This document shows, piece by piece, positions 25,420-38,749 of a stretch of 64,000 nt of DNA (its first letter is position 1; the number at the start of each line of letters is the position of its first letter). The stretch spans positions 3,504,785 to 3,568,784 of the forward strand of contig NC_057756.1 of the NCBI RefSeq assembly GCF_004010195.1. Direction: 5' to 3'. The notes beneath the pieces were generated by a model. That model saw only the letters and a program-made list of their open reading frames with translations, was not told the origin of the DNA and ran no database searches. The DNA comes from Chiloscyllium plagiosum (lineage: Eukaryota). A program made the position numbers and the translations under genes.

Positions 25420-26484
25420 GTAAGATTTGAAATAAAGTGTTTTCCTGCAATGTGTATACTTTGACAAAACGTTATGACAGAGAAAGCAAGTGCAATACTT
25501 TCTACATCGACTCAGAGGGATAGAAAACTCAATTATAAAATGTAATCCCTCCTATTTCAATGATTGCAATTTATGAGCTCCTATTGAAGTGTCTTTTCAA
25601 ATTGAATTATTTTTGGCTATTTCTATGCCTAAGTATAAACTTGCAAAATTTATTTTGCTTTTCTGTTGGCGATATTTACATAATTGATAGTCAATGGGTG
25701 AGAATTGGGTGGGGGCGGATGGATGGCAAGGACAGAGAGAAAGAGAGGGACAGACAGAGAGAGACAGTAAGATACAAAGAGAGCTGTTCTTATTTCTTTG
25801 AGCACGCTCGTGTCAAAGGAATACTTTTTGAAATCTATTGATATGCTGAATTCTGCATAGAGTCACAAAACACGTTGTAAATGTGTTTCTTGTTTAAACA
25901 CTATCGTCTCTCAAAAATGACCAATTTCATTTGATAGTATTTTCTGCCGAGAATTTGCAAACATTTTATAACTCGTACTTAAATAGTTCCTTCTTCTTTC
26001 TAAAATATCGCTGTAAGCTGTTTTGTTTAGAATACTCTACTTTTCATGATGAGAAAGAATTTGGCACTAAATCTGAAGTTAGTAGGTACTTACTTATGCT
26101 GTGGGACAAAACTAAATGTGCATGACCAATGCGATTCTGCAAGTGAATCGAATTTAAGAGACAGATATTTATTAGTGAGCGAAATAACTTTCCATACGTA
26201 ATGTTATGATTATGCTTAAAAATCAACATTCCTTTACTTGTTTCACCGCCCAATTTTTTTACGACTCTCTTTCAATGGAAGTCTCAAGAAAGGGGTAATG
26301 TCCTGAATAATTTGTTGCTAACCTTGACATATTTGGATAGATTTGCTTAAGACTGTTTTTCAGAAAAAAAGTGTGGAATTGTTCGAGAAATTGGTTTCAA
26401 TTATATGCATGGTGTCGGATGAAATTGCTCAGCAAGGATATAACTTGATTGCAAATTTATCCAATACTTCTTTTCCGTGTGCAG

Positions 26485-26505
26485 ACCGAAGAAAGTTACG
26501 AGAAG
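26485..26505 (+). CDS. 21-nt phase-1 micro-exon (xRRKLRE)
   Basis: tacttcttttccgtgtgcag|ACCGAAGAAAGTTACGAGAAG|gtgagc. Confidence 0.75.
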
Positions 26506-26874
26506 GTGAGCGATAGTCGCGTTTTATCCCGAAAGGTGTTTGATTGATGCACATAAAAATTATTGTCAGAAGTTATGTTAAGCAACTTCCTCCAACATGA
26601 CATAAATAACATACCCAAAAAATTGGAGACAAAAGGCTGAGGTGAGAAGGAGTAACTTAATGGATCAGTACGAGTACGAAAATGCTGTTAAGGATGTTGA
26701 ACAAATTGGAGGCTGAAATATCCCATGCCATGATGATATACATTTGAAGCATGATTTCAGAAAATAAAACAGACACGTTGATTATCTTCTTGTATTGCAT
26801 TACCTGTATTGGGACAAACAGATTGGAGAGGACTTATTGTAATGCTTTTATTATAAAAAAAAAGTAGAATATGA

Positions 26875-27835
26875 TTTAGATGTTTCAGTAAGAACAAAAA
26901 AGATGGTAAAAGAGGGGGAGGTGTGGCATTGTTGGTCAAGGATATTATTACAGGTGCAGAAAGGATGTTTGGGTACTCGTTAACTGAGGTAGTATGGACT
27001 GAGGTTAGAAACAGGAAAAGAGATGTCACCCTGTTTGGAGTTTTCTATAGGCCTCCAAATAGTTTCAGAGATGTAGCAGAAAGGATAGCAAAGATGATTC
27101 TCGATTGGAGTGAAAGAGACCGGGCAGTTGTCATGGGAGACTTCACATTTCCAAATATTGACTGGAAATATATATTACGAGTACTATAGATGGGTCAGAT
27201 TTTGTCCAGTGTGTGCAGGAGGGATTCCTGACACAGTATGTAGACACGCCACCAAGGGGCGAAGCCACATTAGATTTGGTGCTGGTTAATGAGCCCGGTC
27301 AGGTGTTAGACTTGGAAGTAGGTGAACACTTTGGTGATAGCGATCACAATTCTGTTATGTTTACTTTCGTGATAGAAAGGGATAAGTGTATACCACTGGG
27401 CACGGGTTACAGCTGGGGGAAAGGCAATTACAATGCGATTAGGCAAGATTTAGGAAGCATAGGATGGGGACGGAACCTGCAGGGGATGGGCACATTAGAA
27501 ATGTATAGATAATTCAAGGATTAGCTCCTGTGTAAGTACGTACCTGTCAGGCAGGGAGGAAGTTGTAGAGAGCGGGAGCCATGGTTTATGAAGGAAGTGG
27601 AATCTCTGGTCAAGAGGAAGATGAAGGTTTATGTTAGGATGAGATGTGAATGCTCAGTTAGGGCGCTTGAGGGATACAGGGTAGCCAGGAAAGACCTAAA
27701 GAGAGAGCTCAGAAGAGCCAGGAGGAGACATGAGAATTTGTGGACGGATAGGATCAGGCTTTCAATAGGTATTTAAGGAATAAATGGATGATGAGAGTAA
27801 GATTAGGGCCAATCAAGGGTAGTAGTGGGAACTTG
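26875..27835 (+). mobile_element. CR1 ORF2 fragment (AP endonuclease region), disrupted
   Basis: GVFYRPPNS, VVMGDFTFPNIDW, ATLDLVLVNEPG, HFGDSDHN motifs. Confidence 0.9.
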
Positions 27836-28650
27836 AGGGGACCTATTCTCTCCCTAGTTACTCTTTTGGTCTTTATGTATTTGTAAAACCTCTTTGGATT
27901 CTCTTTAATTATATTTGCCAAAGCAATCTCATGTCCCCTTTTTGTCCTCCTGATTTCGCTCTTAAGTATACTCCTACAACTTTGAAAGTCTTCCAAGGAT
28001 TCACCCGACGTATCCTGTCTCTATGCTTCTTCCTTCTTTTTTCTTAACCAAACCCTCAATTTCTTTTGTCATCCAGCATTCCCTACACCTACCAGCCTTT
28101 CCTTTCACCCTAACAGGAATATACTTTTTTTCTGGATCCTTTTCATCTCATTTCTGAAGGCTTCCCATTTTCCAGCTGACCATTTACCTGCGAACATCTG
28201 CCCTCAATCAACTTTTGAAAGTGATTGCCAAATACCGTCAAAATTGCCCTTTCTCCAATTTAAAAATTTATCTTTTAGATCTGCTCTATCCTTTTCCATC
28301 ATTGTTTTAATTCTAATAGAATTATGGTCGCTACCCCAACGTGCTCCCCCACTGCCACCTCAGTCATCTGCCCTGTTTTATTTCCCAAGAGTAAGTCAAG
28401 TTTTGCACATTCTTTCTTAGGTACATCCACATACTGAATCAAAAAAATATCTTGTACACACTAAACAAATTCCTTTGCTTCTAAAGTCTTAACACGATGG
28501 CAGTCGCAGCCTATGTTTGGAAAGCTAAAGTCCCCTACCATAAACAACTTTTTTTTCTTACAGATCACTGAGATCTCCTTACAAGTTTGTTTCCCAATTT
28601 CCCGCTAACGATTAGAGGGCCTATAATACAATCCCAATAAGTTTATCATG
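27832..28650 (-). mobile_element. Second CR1 ORF2 fragment (endonuclease region, different subfamily), inverted
   Basis: LKSEIRRTKRGHEIALANIIKENPKRFYKYIKTKRVTRERIGPLK on the minus strand, with upstream YYRP and SDHN remnants. Confidence 0.88.
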
Positions 28651-31254
28651 TGGATAATGAATTTATTGCGTTGTAATACTACATAACATGAACATCCGCA
28701 GATCTCTGCCATCACAATTAAAACACGTAACAAGGAAAATACCGTTTACACTGCAAAACCTTACTTGCAAGTAGCCATAAATTCATGCTCACATGCACAC
28801 GTCAGTGCATATTTTGTCTCAACATACGTTTACACAGGGATGTGACGATTTGTTTTTTTTTCTGTAAATACTGAAAGGGAATCAAATCATCGGAATTGTC
28901 ACACAATACGTTTTTTTTTTAAAATTAGTCCAAGTTGACATTGAACACAGTCATTGAAAAAAAATGTAAGAAAGAGGAAGTTTGCCTCTTCTCTTTTTCA
29001 GTTAAGGAAGCGTCAAAAGAATGGAAAGTTTTGGAATTGAACTCATCATCTCATATACTGGTCAGTAGTAATTGAATATAATTGCTTCTCATCCTCTGCA
29101 AACAATATATTTGTTGACAGAGAAAGAATGTGGATATCCAGTTAGTACTACTTGGAAAAATTCGCATTTATATATCTGAAATGGCCACTTTGGAATTAAA
29201 GACTGATGACATTGTTTCATCAACAGACGACATTTGTATTTTCTTTGAGTATTGCAAAGCAATTTCAACCATTATGTAATCAGTACGTCGGGATTACAGG
29301 AAGAAAAGTAAGCATTTTTGAATGCTCTGCATTTGATTTCGGGATCTTTGTTGACACCTTAGTGGTCACGAAATCAACCCCTAAGGTACCCGAACAGTTG
29401 GAAGCAAAATAAATCACATTCCCTGCTCACTTCAATTGTAACTCTACGAATACGTCTGGAACTTAGCAAATACCATGCAATACGAGCACCAGGAAACTAA
29501 TTGCTTTATCAATGCTGAGCTCAACATTATCTGTTACAATCTGTTATCTCTACCGAATTTAGAAGGCACACGCGACCACGCTAATGCGGATCTATTGCTT
29601 GATCTCCCGCCTTCTTCAGTGGTGCCAGATTAAACAACCATTACATGCATTGCTCCCAAAGACAGTTACTTTCCACAACAGTCCTCCACACCATATAATG
29701 AACAGTATGTGAAAGCTAAATGCTATCAGAATTACTATTATTACAGATGCCCCGATGAAAAATTTCAAACACGATATCCAACATCACTGGAACAAACAGG
29801 ATACACCTCGCTGATTCCGTATCAATTACTACTTTCTTATTCACAGTAACAATGTTCAAACGTCTGTATTATGAAAGAATTGTCATATTGGATGTTGGTT
29901 GCGTCATTCAGAAGAAACATTAAATGGAACTCCCCTTTTGGAAACGAGATGTTCTCATATTTGTAGAAAACGGTGGCAGACTGAAAATCTGCTGGAATTG
30001 TTATATCGTAATGAAATACCGACACATTAGACACTATCAGAAAAATGTACCAACTTATTGATATGACAAAAAAAAACTATTCCTAAATCCTCTCGATAAG
30101 GATTCCGTGCTCTTTAAATTCAAAATATATCTCCAAATTATGTAGTCTTCTATTAAGTGAATTATGCATTCCTACTTGATCTCTCTACGAGGTGAAAATG
30201 AACTCCACGTTATCGAGGTCATCTTTACACCAGAATTTTCCAAAAATGCAATATACTTGTGACTCTGCGTGACATCTTTCACGTTTAATCAGAGTAGAGG
30301 GGAATAGTAAACAAAATCCCAGCTTTCATTAATGTGTTTCACCGCTCCATCGGTACTATTGTACTCAAGGCCACCTCTCAAACCGACAAGTATGCCATGT
30401 TCCTTCTTATTCACTTACCAAACTCTCCAGTTTCTTTAGACATTTCACCATGCTTAAGAAAATACTCTGTTGCAATATAGCCATTTTAAATTAATCTGTT
30501 AGCCCTGAAATAATGTATTGTATCACAATTTTGTCAATTAAATTCCACTTCTTCTTATTCTGTCCTTTCAATTAGTTCATTTATATCCTCTAGTATTCTG
30601 ACACATTCATGCTCGTCACTTGAAACACTACCAAACGTCTTCTTAAATGCAAACGGACTTAAACATCTCCTTTCTTAATCTCTATATTCAACATGTTTTT
30701 TGCAATCATATATAACTCAAAACTATGTCTTCTAAGGCCAAGGAAAATTACACTTTGGCCATCAGCCTTTGATTGCTGCCACGAATGCAACTGTGAGTTC
30801 AGTTTGCAATCATAATCTGAAACACTTACTTTCTTTTTTGACCAACACTCATGTTAATTTGTCTTGAAATCCTTACCAAAATACTTTGAATTCTCTTTAG
30901 CATAGAACACTTATCCAGGCATCTCGTTCTACCACCCCAGAAAATCCTCCAAAAAACCTGTTAGACTTTTTTTCTTTGCAATGGACAAATACATGGTGAA
31001 TGTGTTTGATTAATCCTTGCACATATAATTCTTCCCTTTCCTTATGTGTTTCTTTTTTTACCTTTCCAGCTCTAGTCGTTTTGTTGTCATTGTGTTAAAG
31101 TCGTTGATTTATATTTTCCTGCATCTTCTTTCTCAATTCTTGAATAATGTTTCGATATTAACCATCTTGCAGTCAGATGATCGATTCTGATGTGTACAGA
31201 GACCATGTGAACATGGAAAATTTCCTGTTTCATCTGGAAAACTATACAGCTCCT

Positions 31255-31605
31255 TCGAGACCCAACAGTGTGGAAGCATGCCATTCGGCTGATCGGCTCC
31301 ACAGTGATCTTCCAAAGAGGTTCCCAAAGAACATCCCATGCCGTCACATGCTCCATGCCGCTGCCCTAACACTGGAAAGATGCAATTCCATGAGTAAACC
31401 ACATAACCTACCGTTCTTGTGCACGATGATCAATTTAGCCTGGCTAATCCACGTGATCCACAGATCATGGTACTGTAGGACCCGGAGAAACAAAAACACT
31501 GGGAGAATGTGCAAAAGCCATGCAGATAGTCACAGCTGGCTGGAAACGAACATATGCTCGTGTTACTGTAATGCAACAGCATTCAACACTTAGCCACCAT
31601 ACCAC
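31255..31605 (-). mobile_element. Degenerate HE1-type tRNA-derived SINE inside an old CR1 remnant (~30100-32300)
   Basis: caatttagcctggctaatcca and gggagaatgtgcaaa are the reverse complement of the V-SINE central domain seen in the 32766 and 55455 copies. Confidence 0.6.
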
Positions 31606-32765
31606 CCACCCATCCACTTGAGACTTTGAATATCTCATCATTCACACTTCTAATTTCTTGACGTATCTCGTACCACTTTTCCATAATGCCTGAAAAAAAC
31701 ATCTTTTTTTTCATTCTTTTCCATGAGTATCAATGCAATAGCTGTTATTTAGGGTCATTTAAAACTCGGGCTCCAGCTATACTTTGCAGTTTGGGTCCTG
31801 ATTGAGCATCCAGTTTTCCTATTAACTTTATTGTGCCAATGGAATGTGTTGGATATTAGCTTATTCTTTCTTTCATAAAATGTTAGTTTTCTTCAAACTT
31901 CTTTGGATTTACCTTCTCTGTTATTATTCATATTTTGTATACACCGCATCCCCCAATACTTCTCCGTGGATTATGGTGTTCTGAGGCCTTGACATCGACG
32001 ACATATATTTCAATATTTTGGTTATGCAAACATTTACATTCTCGATATCTAGCATTCTGCAGCCTCCTCTTTGACTGTGCTGGAGGACTGGGGACGTTCC
32101 CACTCTCCACACTTGTGGTGCCATTGCACACCTGTATGTTTTCCTATAGTAAAACGTTGCCTCCATGTAAATTTTCATTCAAGTAGATGATCTGATTCCA
32201 GTCAGCTCGGTTCGCCATTGTTTTATCAAATTTCAGATTTGAGCAGCTTGAACCCTTTGTTTCTCATACCTCATTGTCTTTTCTCATGATCATGGCTGAT
32301 ATCAATGTTACCAGTCATGAACAATTAAATGATATTAACTGAAATCGTTTTCAATTGCCTGGTACCGTTCTGCAAAATGATGGACAGTAGTTCTGCGTCT
32401 TTTGTTGAAGGTTGTGCATGCTGGTTGTATCTTTTATAAAATGTGACATGTATCACATCCGACATTGTGTTTGCCTGTTACTTCGAAAATTCATTGAGAT
32501 TTACAACTGTTTCTGTCCTGCTGTTTATTCCTGCCAGTTTCTTCTTTTAGGCGTGTGGTGGTTGGGAGAGGTGGAGTCAGTTAAGGTACAGAAGGGAAGG
32601 TCGTGGAGATATTTCAGTTCAAATTTTAAAAAAATGCAATTCTCCTTTCTCTGTTCATGTAATCGCACCAGTTAATCTCATATTGCAAGTCTGCGACATA
32701 TCAATCTCCCCTACTACAGAAACGGATTAGTTGATCAAAAATAGAACACATTCAAAACACTTTAT

Positions 32766-33080
32766 GGACAGCGCACTGACTCAGTGATTAGAATTACTGC
32801 CTCACAGAGGCTGGGACCCAGTTCGATTCCTTCCTGTGGCAAATGTCTCCGTGGGGTTTGCCCATTCTCTCTGTGTCTGCTCTGGTTTCCTCCCAGAATC
32901 TAAAAATATGCATGTCAGGTGAATTTGTCATGCTAAATGGTCCATAGTTTTAGGAGTATTAGTCAGGGATAAATATAGACTCTTTGAGTGGGTCTGGATG
33001 GGTTACTCTTAGGAGGATCAGTGTGATCATGTTGGGCCAAATGCCTTGTTTCCATACTGTAGGGAATCTAATCTAATCTT
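32766..33080 (+). mobile_element. HE1-type (V-SINE) tRNA-derived SINE
   Basis: A box tgactcagtga, B box gttcgattcc, central gtttgcccattctctctgtgtctgc/catgctaaat, CR1-like tail ending (aatct)n. Confidence 0.85.
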
Positions 33081-34534
33081 ATGGAATTGACACATGTTTC
33101 AATCGTTCCCACCATCGAATATATTGTTATGCTAGAAAAAAAGACGATTCTTTCTATTTATTAGCAACCACAACTCATTTGTTTACCTCGAAAGATGTCT
33201 TCATTTAAATTTAAAAAGTACAATTTTTCTGCTTATGATATTGATTACATTTAATGCCCGACAGACGGACTGAGCAATTTATGAATATATTTCTGCCCAT
33301 CAGCAACTACTCCACCGCCAATCCATAGTCTATTACAATTCCCAAATAATTTATACATTCAGCAACAACAGTAACCACATCAACCCTCCTTGCAGTATTC
33401 CATTCTGCTGTGATTCAACGGCAATGAGCCAGAATGAGTTAGATCACACCTTTTTCAGAAAGTGACCAATAGACCAGGCATATAAAGTTTACATATATGC
33501 ACACATTTTTCATCCAATCATGGATTCAGCCTATCATATACACAATAGTGTGCACAAACGGGACAATGAGAAGAACACAATTTTCAATTTCTAATTTCCT
33601 ATGTGCTAGATCCCTGCTGAACGTTTGAGGATCGATCAATATCTAGACCGGCAATTAGATTTTTCTTTATGTGCGTGGCAATACAGTAGAAGATATGCAC
33701 TTCCTTTCTTGTGAAAAAGACCAGAGACCTTAAAATATTTTCAGAGAGCAGCCCAGAGTGTAACATTGCTCGTCGACTTAAGCAGGTGTCCAGTGGCTAT
33801 TCCAAGAGTGCTGCAACTAGCGCAATTATTTAGTTTTCATCAAACCAGAATTTAGTTGCAAGGTTAACAAATGAGACACGAAAAAAACAGAACAAAACAT
33901 ACAACAACTTAATCTATTCGAAAGCCCAACTGATTATCCCAACGAAATGCTGGTGTTCCAAATAACTGCAAAAATCCCCTTAAGAATATGTTGGCAAAAA
34001 TGGTAAAATCAAACACAGGGTCTTAAAGAAAAGAGAGATGGTAGAGAGATTCAGCATGGAACACTTTATTCCATTTATTTTTTTTGATGGATTCCCACCA
34101 AAAAACTGACCAGCAGCTCTGAACAGCCAGAATTCTAAAACCAGAACAAACCTGAGAAAAGCTGAGCTGGTAGAACTGACCATGCCACTTTCATCGAACA
34201 ATTGTTGTGTTTTTATCTTAAAAGCTTCTTCAAGTAGATAAGCAGAGTCTGCTCGGAACCCATGGCTTTATGACCACTCTGGGAAAATAAAATAAGGACA
34301 TTATGGCCTTGTTAAAAGAATAGCATCCTACTTAAGATTTCATACCCTGACAAGAGAACGACGTCAGAAACTATTTGCTGGAACATCAGTATTTAGTTTT
34401 GTGAACTCATCAATTTTGTTTTGCTTTGTAATTGTAAACAAAAACATGAAGAAGCAAGTTGCAGCATTTATAAATGTACACCATCAACCGACAGAAATTT
34501 CAATTTGTGAGTAACTATTTTGGCTATTGAGGCT

Positions 34535-35072
34535 ATTGTATTCTGGCTATTGAGGGAGTGCAGCGTAGGTTCACGAGGTCAATTCCTGGAATGGCAGGAT
34601 TACCTGACTGAAGCGACTGGGCTTGTATACCCTTGAGTTTCGAAGACTGAGAGGAGATCTGATTGAGACGCATATGTTTATGAAAGGATTGGACACTCTG
34701 GCAGTAGGAAACTGGTTTGGCACTGATGGGTGAGTGCCAAACCAGAGGACACAACTTAAAAATATGGGGTAGACTATTTAGGACAGAGCTCAGGAGAAAC
34801 TTCTTCACCCAGAGAGTGGTGGCTGTGTGGAATGCTCTGCCGCAGAGGGCAGTGGAGGCCCACTCTCTGGATTCATTTAAGAAAGAGTTCGATCGAGCTC
34901 TCAAAGATAATGGAATCAAGGGTTATGAAGATCAGGCAGGAACAGGATACTGATTAGAAATGATCAGCCATGATTATATTGAATGGTGGTGCAGGCTCGA
35001 AGGGCTGAATGGCCTACTCCTGCACCTATTGTCTATTGTCTATTGTCTGTCTATTGTCCATTGTCTATTGTC
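34535..35072 (+). mobile_element. CR1 LINE 3' end, 5'-truncated
   Basis: TRGHNLKIWGRLFRTELRRNFFTQRVVAVWNALP, 3'UTR and (ctattgt)n tail. Confidence 0.92.
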
Positions 35073-37119
35073 ATAACTGCTCAAGAATAATTAATTGTTG
35101 CGTCTGGATCAGGTATGTGTGTCAATGTGTGCACGCAACTACGAGTGTGCATATATATGTTAACAATGTTCTCTACAAAGATGCCTTCCCGTATAATTGG
35201 TCATTGTCTACTTGGTGGGCAGTTTCTGAAATGCAGAGGCAGAAAGTCTCCAGGCGATTCATGGAAATTGATTTAGATTGCGAGTAAAGGAGGACTGAGC
35301 GTAAAGGGAGAAAAACAATCCATCTAGAAAGGCAAGAGCAGCAGATACATGGGACCCCATCACCTGCAAGTTTAGTTCTGTGTTATTCACCTATCATCGT
35401 CCCTTGACTGCGATTGTATCAACATTCAGGAATTTCTTTGCTTAGAGTATTGTCGGTCAACTTACATCACGTGGATTGCAAAAGTTTAAGATAGTAGCTT
35501 ACCATTTTCAATTGAAATTAGCAGCAGACAATAATTGTCATCTAACCAGTGACTTCTGTGTCCAACAAATGTATAAAATAAAAACGGCAATAATCCTATA
35601 TATAGAACAAAGCCAAAATGTCTGGATTTCAGTGTAGTATCACTCCAGCAAAACGAAAGCATAAGACAGTTGATAATTGGAAAACGAATTTTGTGGAATA
35701 GCAACAGTTGTCTCAGCGTTACTCCAACTTCCTTTTAATTTTTGCAAAACAGAGGGAAATGATTTTTTTTTAACCAGACCTTTGGAAACTGAAGAATAAA
35801 GTGATTAAATAAAATAACCGAAGGAACGTTGCCTTATTCCGACTTCTAAATTGTGTTGCCATTATTTGTGATTTACCTAAATATCTATTGCAGTTTTTGA
35901 ATAATCGATTGTAGTGTATTACCTCCTGAAGCCGATTCGTGAAAAGAATAAATTATATTAAGAACAGTGTTTCAATTAAGAACATGATGCTGCATGAAAA
36001 TTGGTGATCTAATATAGCAGTTTGATTTACGAGTTAATCACTGTTTTGGAAATTTCACTGGCACGAATTCTTCAACTTCCCTTTCAATCTTCCAAACATA
36101 TTTCAGTTACTTCATGATCAAGTTTCGTTGGAAATTGTGATCAACTGATGAGGGAACGTTTAAGGATTTAAAAATGACTATGGACCGATGGTGATACTGT
36201 GAGGATGACGCTGATATGTAGAGAGAGGGATAGAGTGAAACAGACAAAAATGGAGACATGGAATAGATTGAAATAATTGAACAACAGCAAAAAGAGTGGC
36301 ACAAGCTCAACTGTCCGTGCACTTATCACTAAAGGAGCTGCCAGTTTCCATGCAAAATGAAGTAATGCTAAATCATGATTTTTGCTCAAGATGTTCCTGT
36401 TAGGAGGTCGGATATTAGAATATGGAAATAACATAGTTCCCAATTGTTAACGATTTTTTGGCAGTTTTGCTCACAGTGTCTTGTGGCTGACATTGCATTG
36501 TCCGGTTAAATACTTGAAATGGTTGAGATATGTTACTGCAGACAGAATTTAAGGCAAGACCGAACATGGAAGTATTTTCGTAAATTTGTAATGTTAAACA
36601 TGCGTTTATTTGTAACTTTCCGTGAATGAATTCAGTCTTGCCTTTATCCATGTTGTTAGCAGAGTTGATTTTTCATTTCCATGGTAGGCACTGAAGTGTA
36701 GTTTTGGGCCGGAAACATCTGTAGCAGCAGAAATAACCGATTGTGAAACCTACAGCAACCAACTTTGTGAATTAAAAGGACTGATGTTGACTCTGGAAAC
36801 CAGAGGTACATATTAAGAACAAATGAGAGAATCTTGCTTCATTCTATGACTGCAAGACGAGAAGACGAGAAAATGTGCAATTGAGATAGAAAAGCGGGAA
36901 ATATCGGGACGGTTAGTTGACTGGCTGATCTCAATCTAAGGAAGGAGTTGTATCATGCACAAAATACACTAAAGCTTTAGGCTGGCTCTTGGAGTATCCA
37001 TGATATGCCTAATAAAGACATGAACACAAACAACAAGGAAGGTATTTCGGAAGGTAATTTAATGAACAGCGCACTTCATTCATATCCTCCATTTTGATTG
37101 TTCGATGAGGAAAATTAAA

Positions 37120-37930
37120 GAATTGCAAAACCTGCGCCCACACCTCCTCAGTCATCTCCATTCAAGGCCCCAAAAGAGCCTTCGACATCCATCAAACTTT
37201 AACCTGCACATCCAAAAATATAATTTATTGTATCCGTTGCTCCCGATGCAGCCTCCTCTACTTTGGGAGAGATTGGACGCCTCATAGCAGAGCACTTTAT
37301 GAAACATCTGCAGGACACTTGCACCAATCAACCCTACCGCCCTGTGGCCCAACATTTCAACTCCCCCGACCACTCAGTCAAGGACACGCAGGTCCTGGGC
37401 CTCCTCCACCTCCGCTCCCTCACCACCTGACGCCTGGAGGAAGAACGCCACAACTTCTGCCTCAGAACACTTCAACCCCCATGGCATCAATGTGGACTTC
37501 ACCGGTTTCCTCATTTCCCCTTCTCACACCTCACCCCAGTTCCAATCTTCCAGCTCAGCACCGTCCCCATGACTTGTCCTACCTGCCTATCTTTCTTTCC
37601 ACCTATCCATTCCACCCTCCTCTCTGACCTTCATTCCCACCCCATTCACCCATTGTACTCTTTGCTAACTTTTGCCACCCTCCCTTCTGACTTATCACCT
37701 CTATCCCCACCCCCAGTTACCCATTGTAATTTATGCTACTTTGTCCCCACCCCACCCCTCTCATTTGTCTCTCCACTCTGCAGGCACCCTGCCTCTATTC
37801 CTGATGACGAGTTTTTGCCCGAAACGTCGATTTTCCTGCTCCTCGGATGCTGCCTGTCTTGCTGTGTTTTTCCAGCACCACTCTAATCTATACTCTGGTT
37901 TCCAGCATCTGCAGTCTTTGTTTTTACCAT
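37120..37930 (+). mobile_element. Penelope-like element 3' remnant (GIY-YIG + pLTR with hammerhead core at 37801-37828)
   Basis: IQGPKRAFDIHQ..NLLYPLLPMQ, cctgtggcccaacatttcaactcc (PVAQHFNS), CTGATGAcgagtttttgcccGAAAcgtc. Confidence 0.85.
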
Positions 37931-38728
37931 ACTAATGACATATCTCATTTATTGAAACACGATAACTTACAATATATTCCTCAGGAAACAGTGATATAGG
38001 TTCATAGAGGCACAGAATCCGACAGCACGGGGACATTTACTTTAGCCAAACTGATTTATGTCGACCAAAATGTCTGTGTACGCTTAATCCATCACCCTAC
38101 ACTGAGCCCATATCCTTCTGACTCGTCCCTACCCATGTATTTGTCCTGATTACTTTTAAATGTTATTATTGTATCCACCTCAAATCCTTCCATTGGCATC
38201 TCATTCCAGTTGTGAAACAAAACCTGTGAAACAAAAACGTTGCCTTTGAGGTTTCCTTTCTTTGCTTACCCTCGAATATTACAGTGATGCCAACTAATCG
38301 ATGTTCCACAAACATAGGTAAAACACTGAGTGCATTCACACAATTCATACCTTGCATGACAGTTTTCCATATGTCTGTCAGGCAGAATTATGACGGAAGA
38401 AATTTCATTGCAAATATAAGGACAGCCAATCTTAAATATTACTGAGAGCAATGTAGTCATGCAACAGCGTAGGGTGCGTTTTCTCATCAATGTCATGTTA
38501 TAATAAATGTATATGCTTGTCCATCTTTAAACAATGATTGAATTAAGGCTGCTGTAACTTTCGATAAATGAATTGTGGCACAGATACAGCGATAGCTGTT
38601 TCAGTGCATGCATTTATTTTTGGCAAATGCATTTGAAAGTTGCTTAGTGGCAGATTGCATTAAGCTGTGCTGCCCATCAAAATGAAAAGTAAAGATATGG
38701 AAGTTTATATTTATGTTGTTACCAACAG

Positions 38729-38749
38729 AAAACGAGAAGTTAATAAATG
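38729..38749 (+). CDS. 21-nt phase-1 micro-exon (xNEKLIN), paralog of 11265-11285
   Basis: atttatgttgttaccaacag|AAAACGAGAAGTTAATAAATG|gtaagt. Confidence 0.75.

Noticed and set aside
32766..32835. tRNA-like A and B boxes as a tRNA gene
   Set aside because: SINE head followed by SINE body and tail; no complete cloverleaf.
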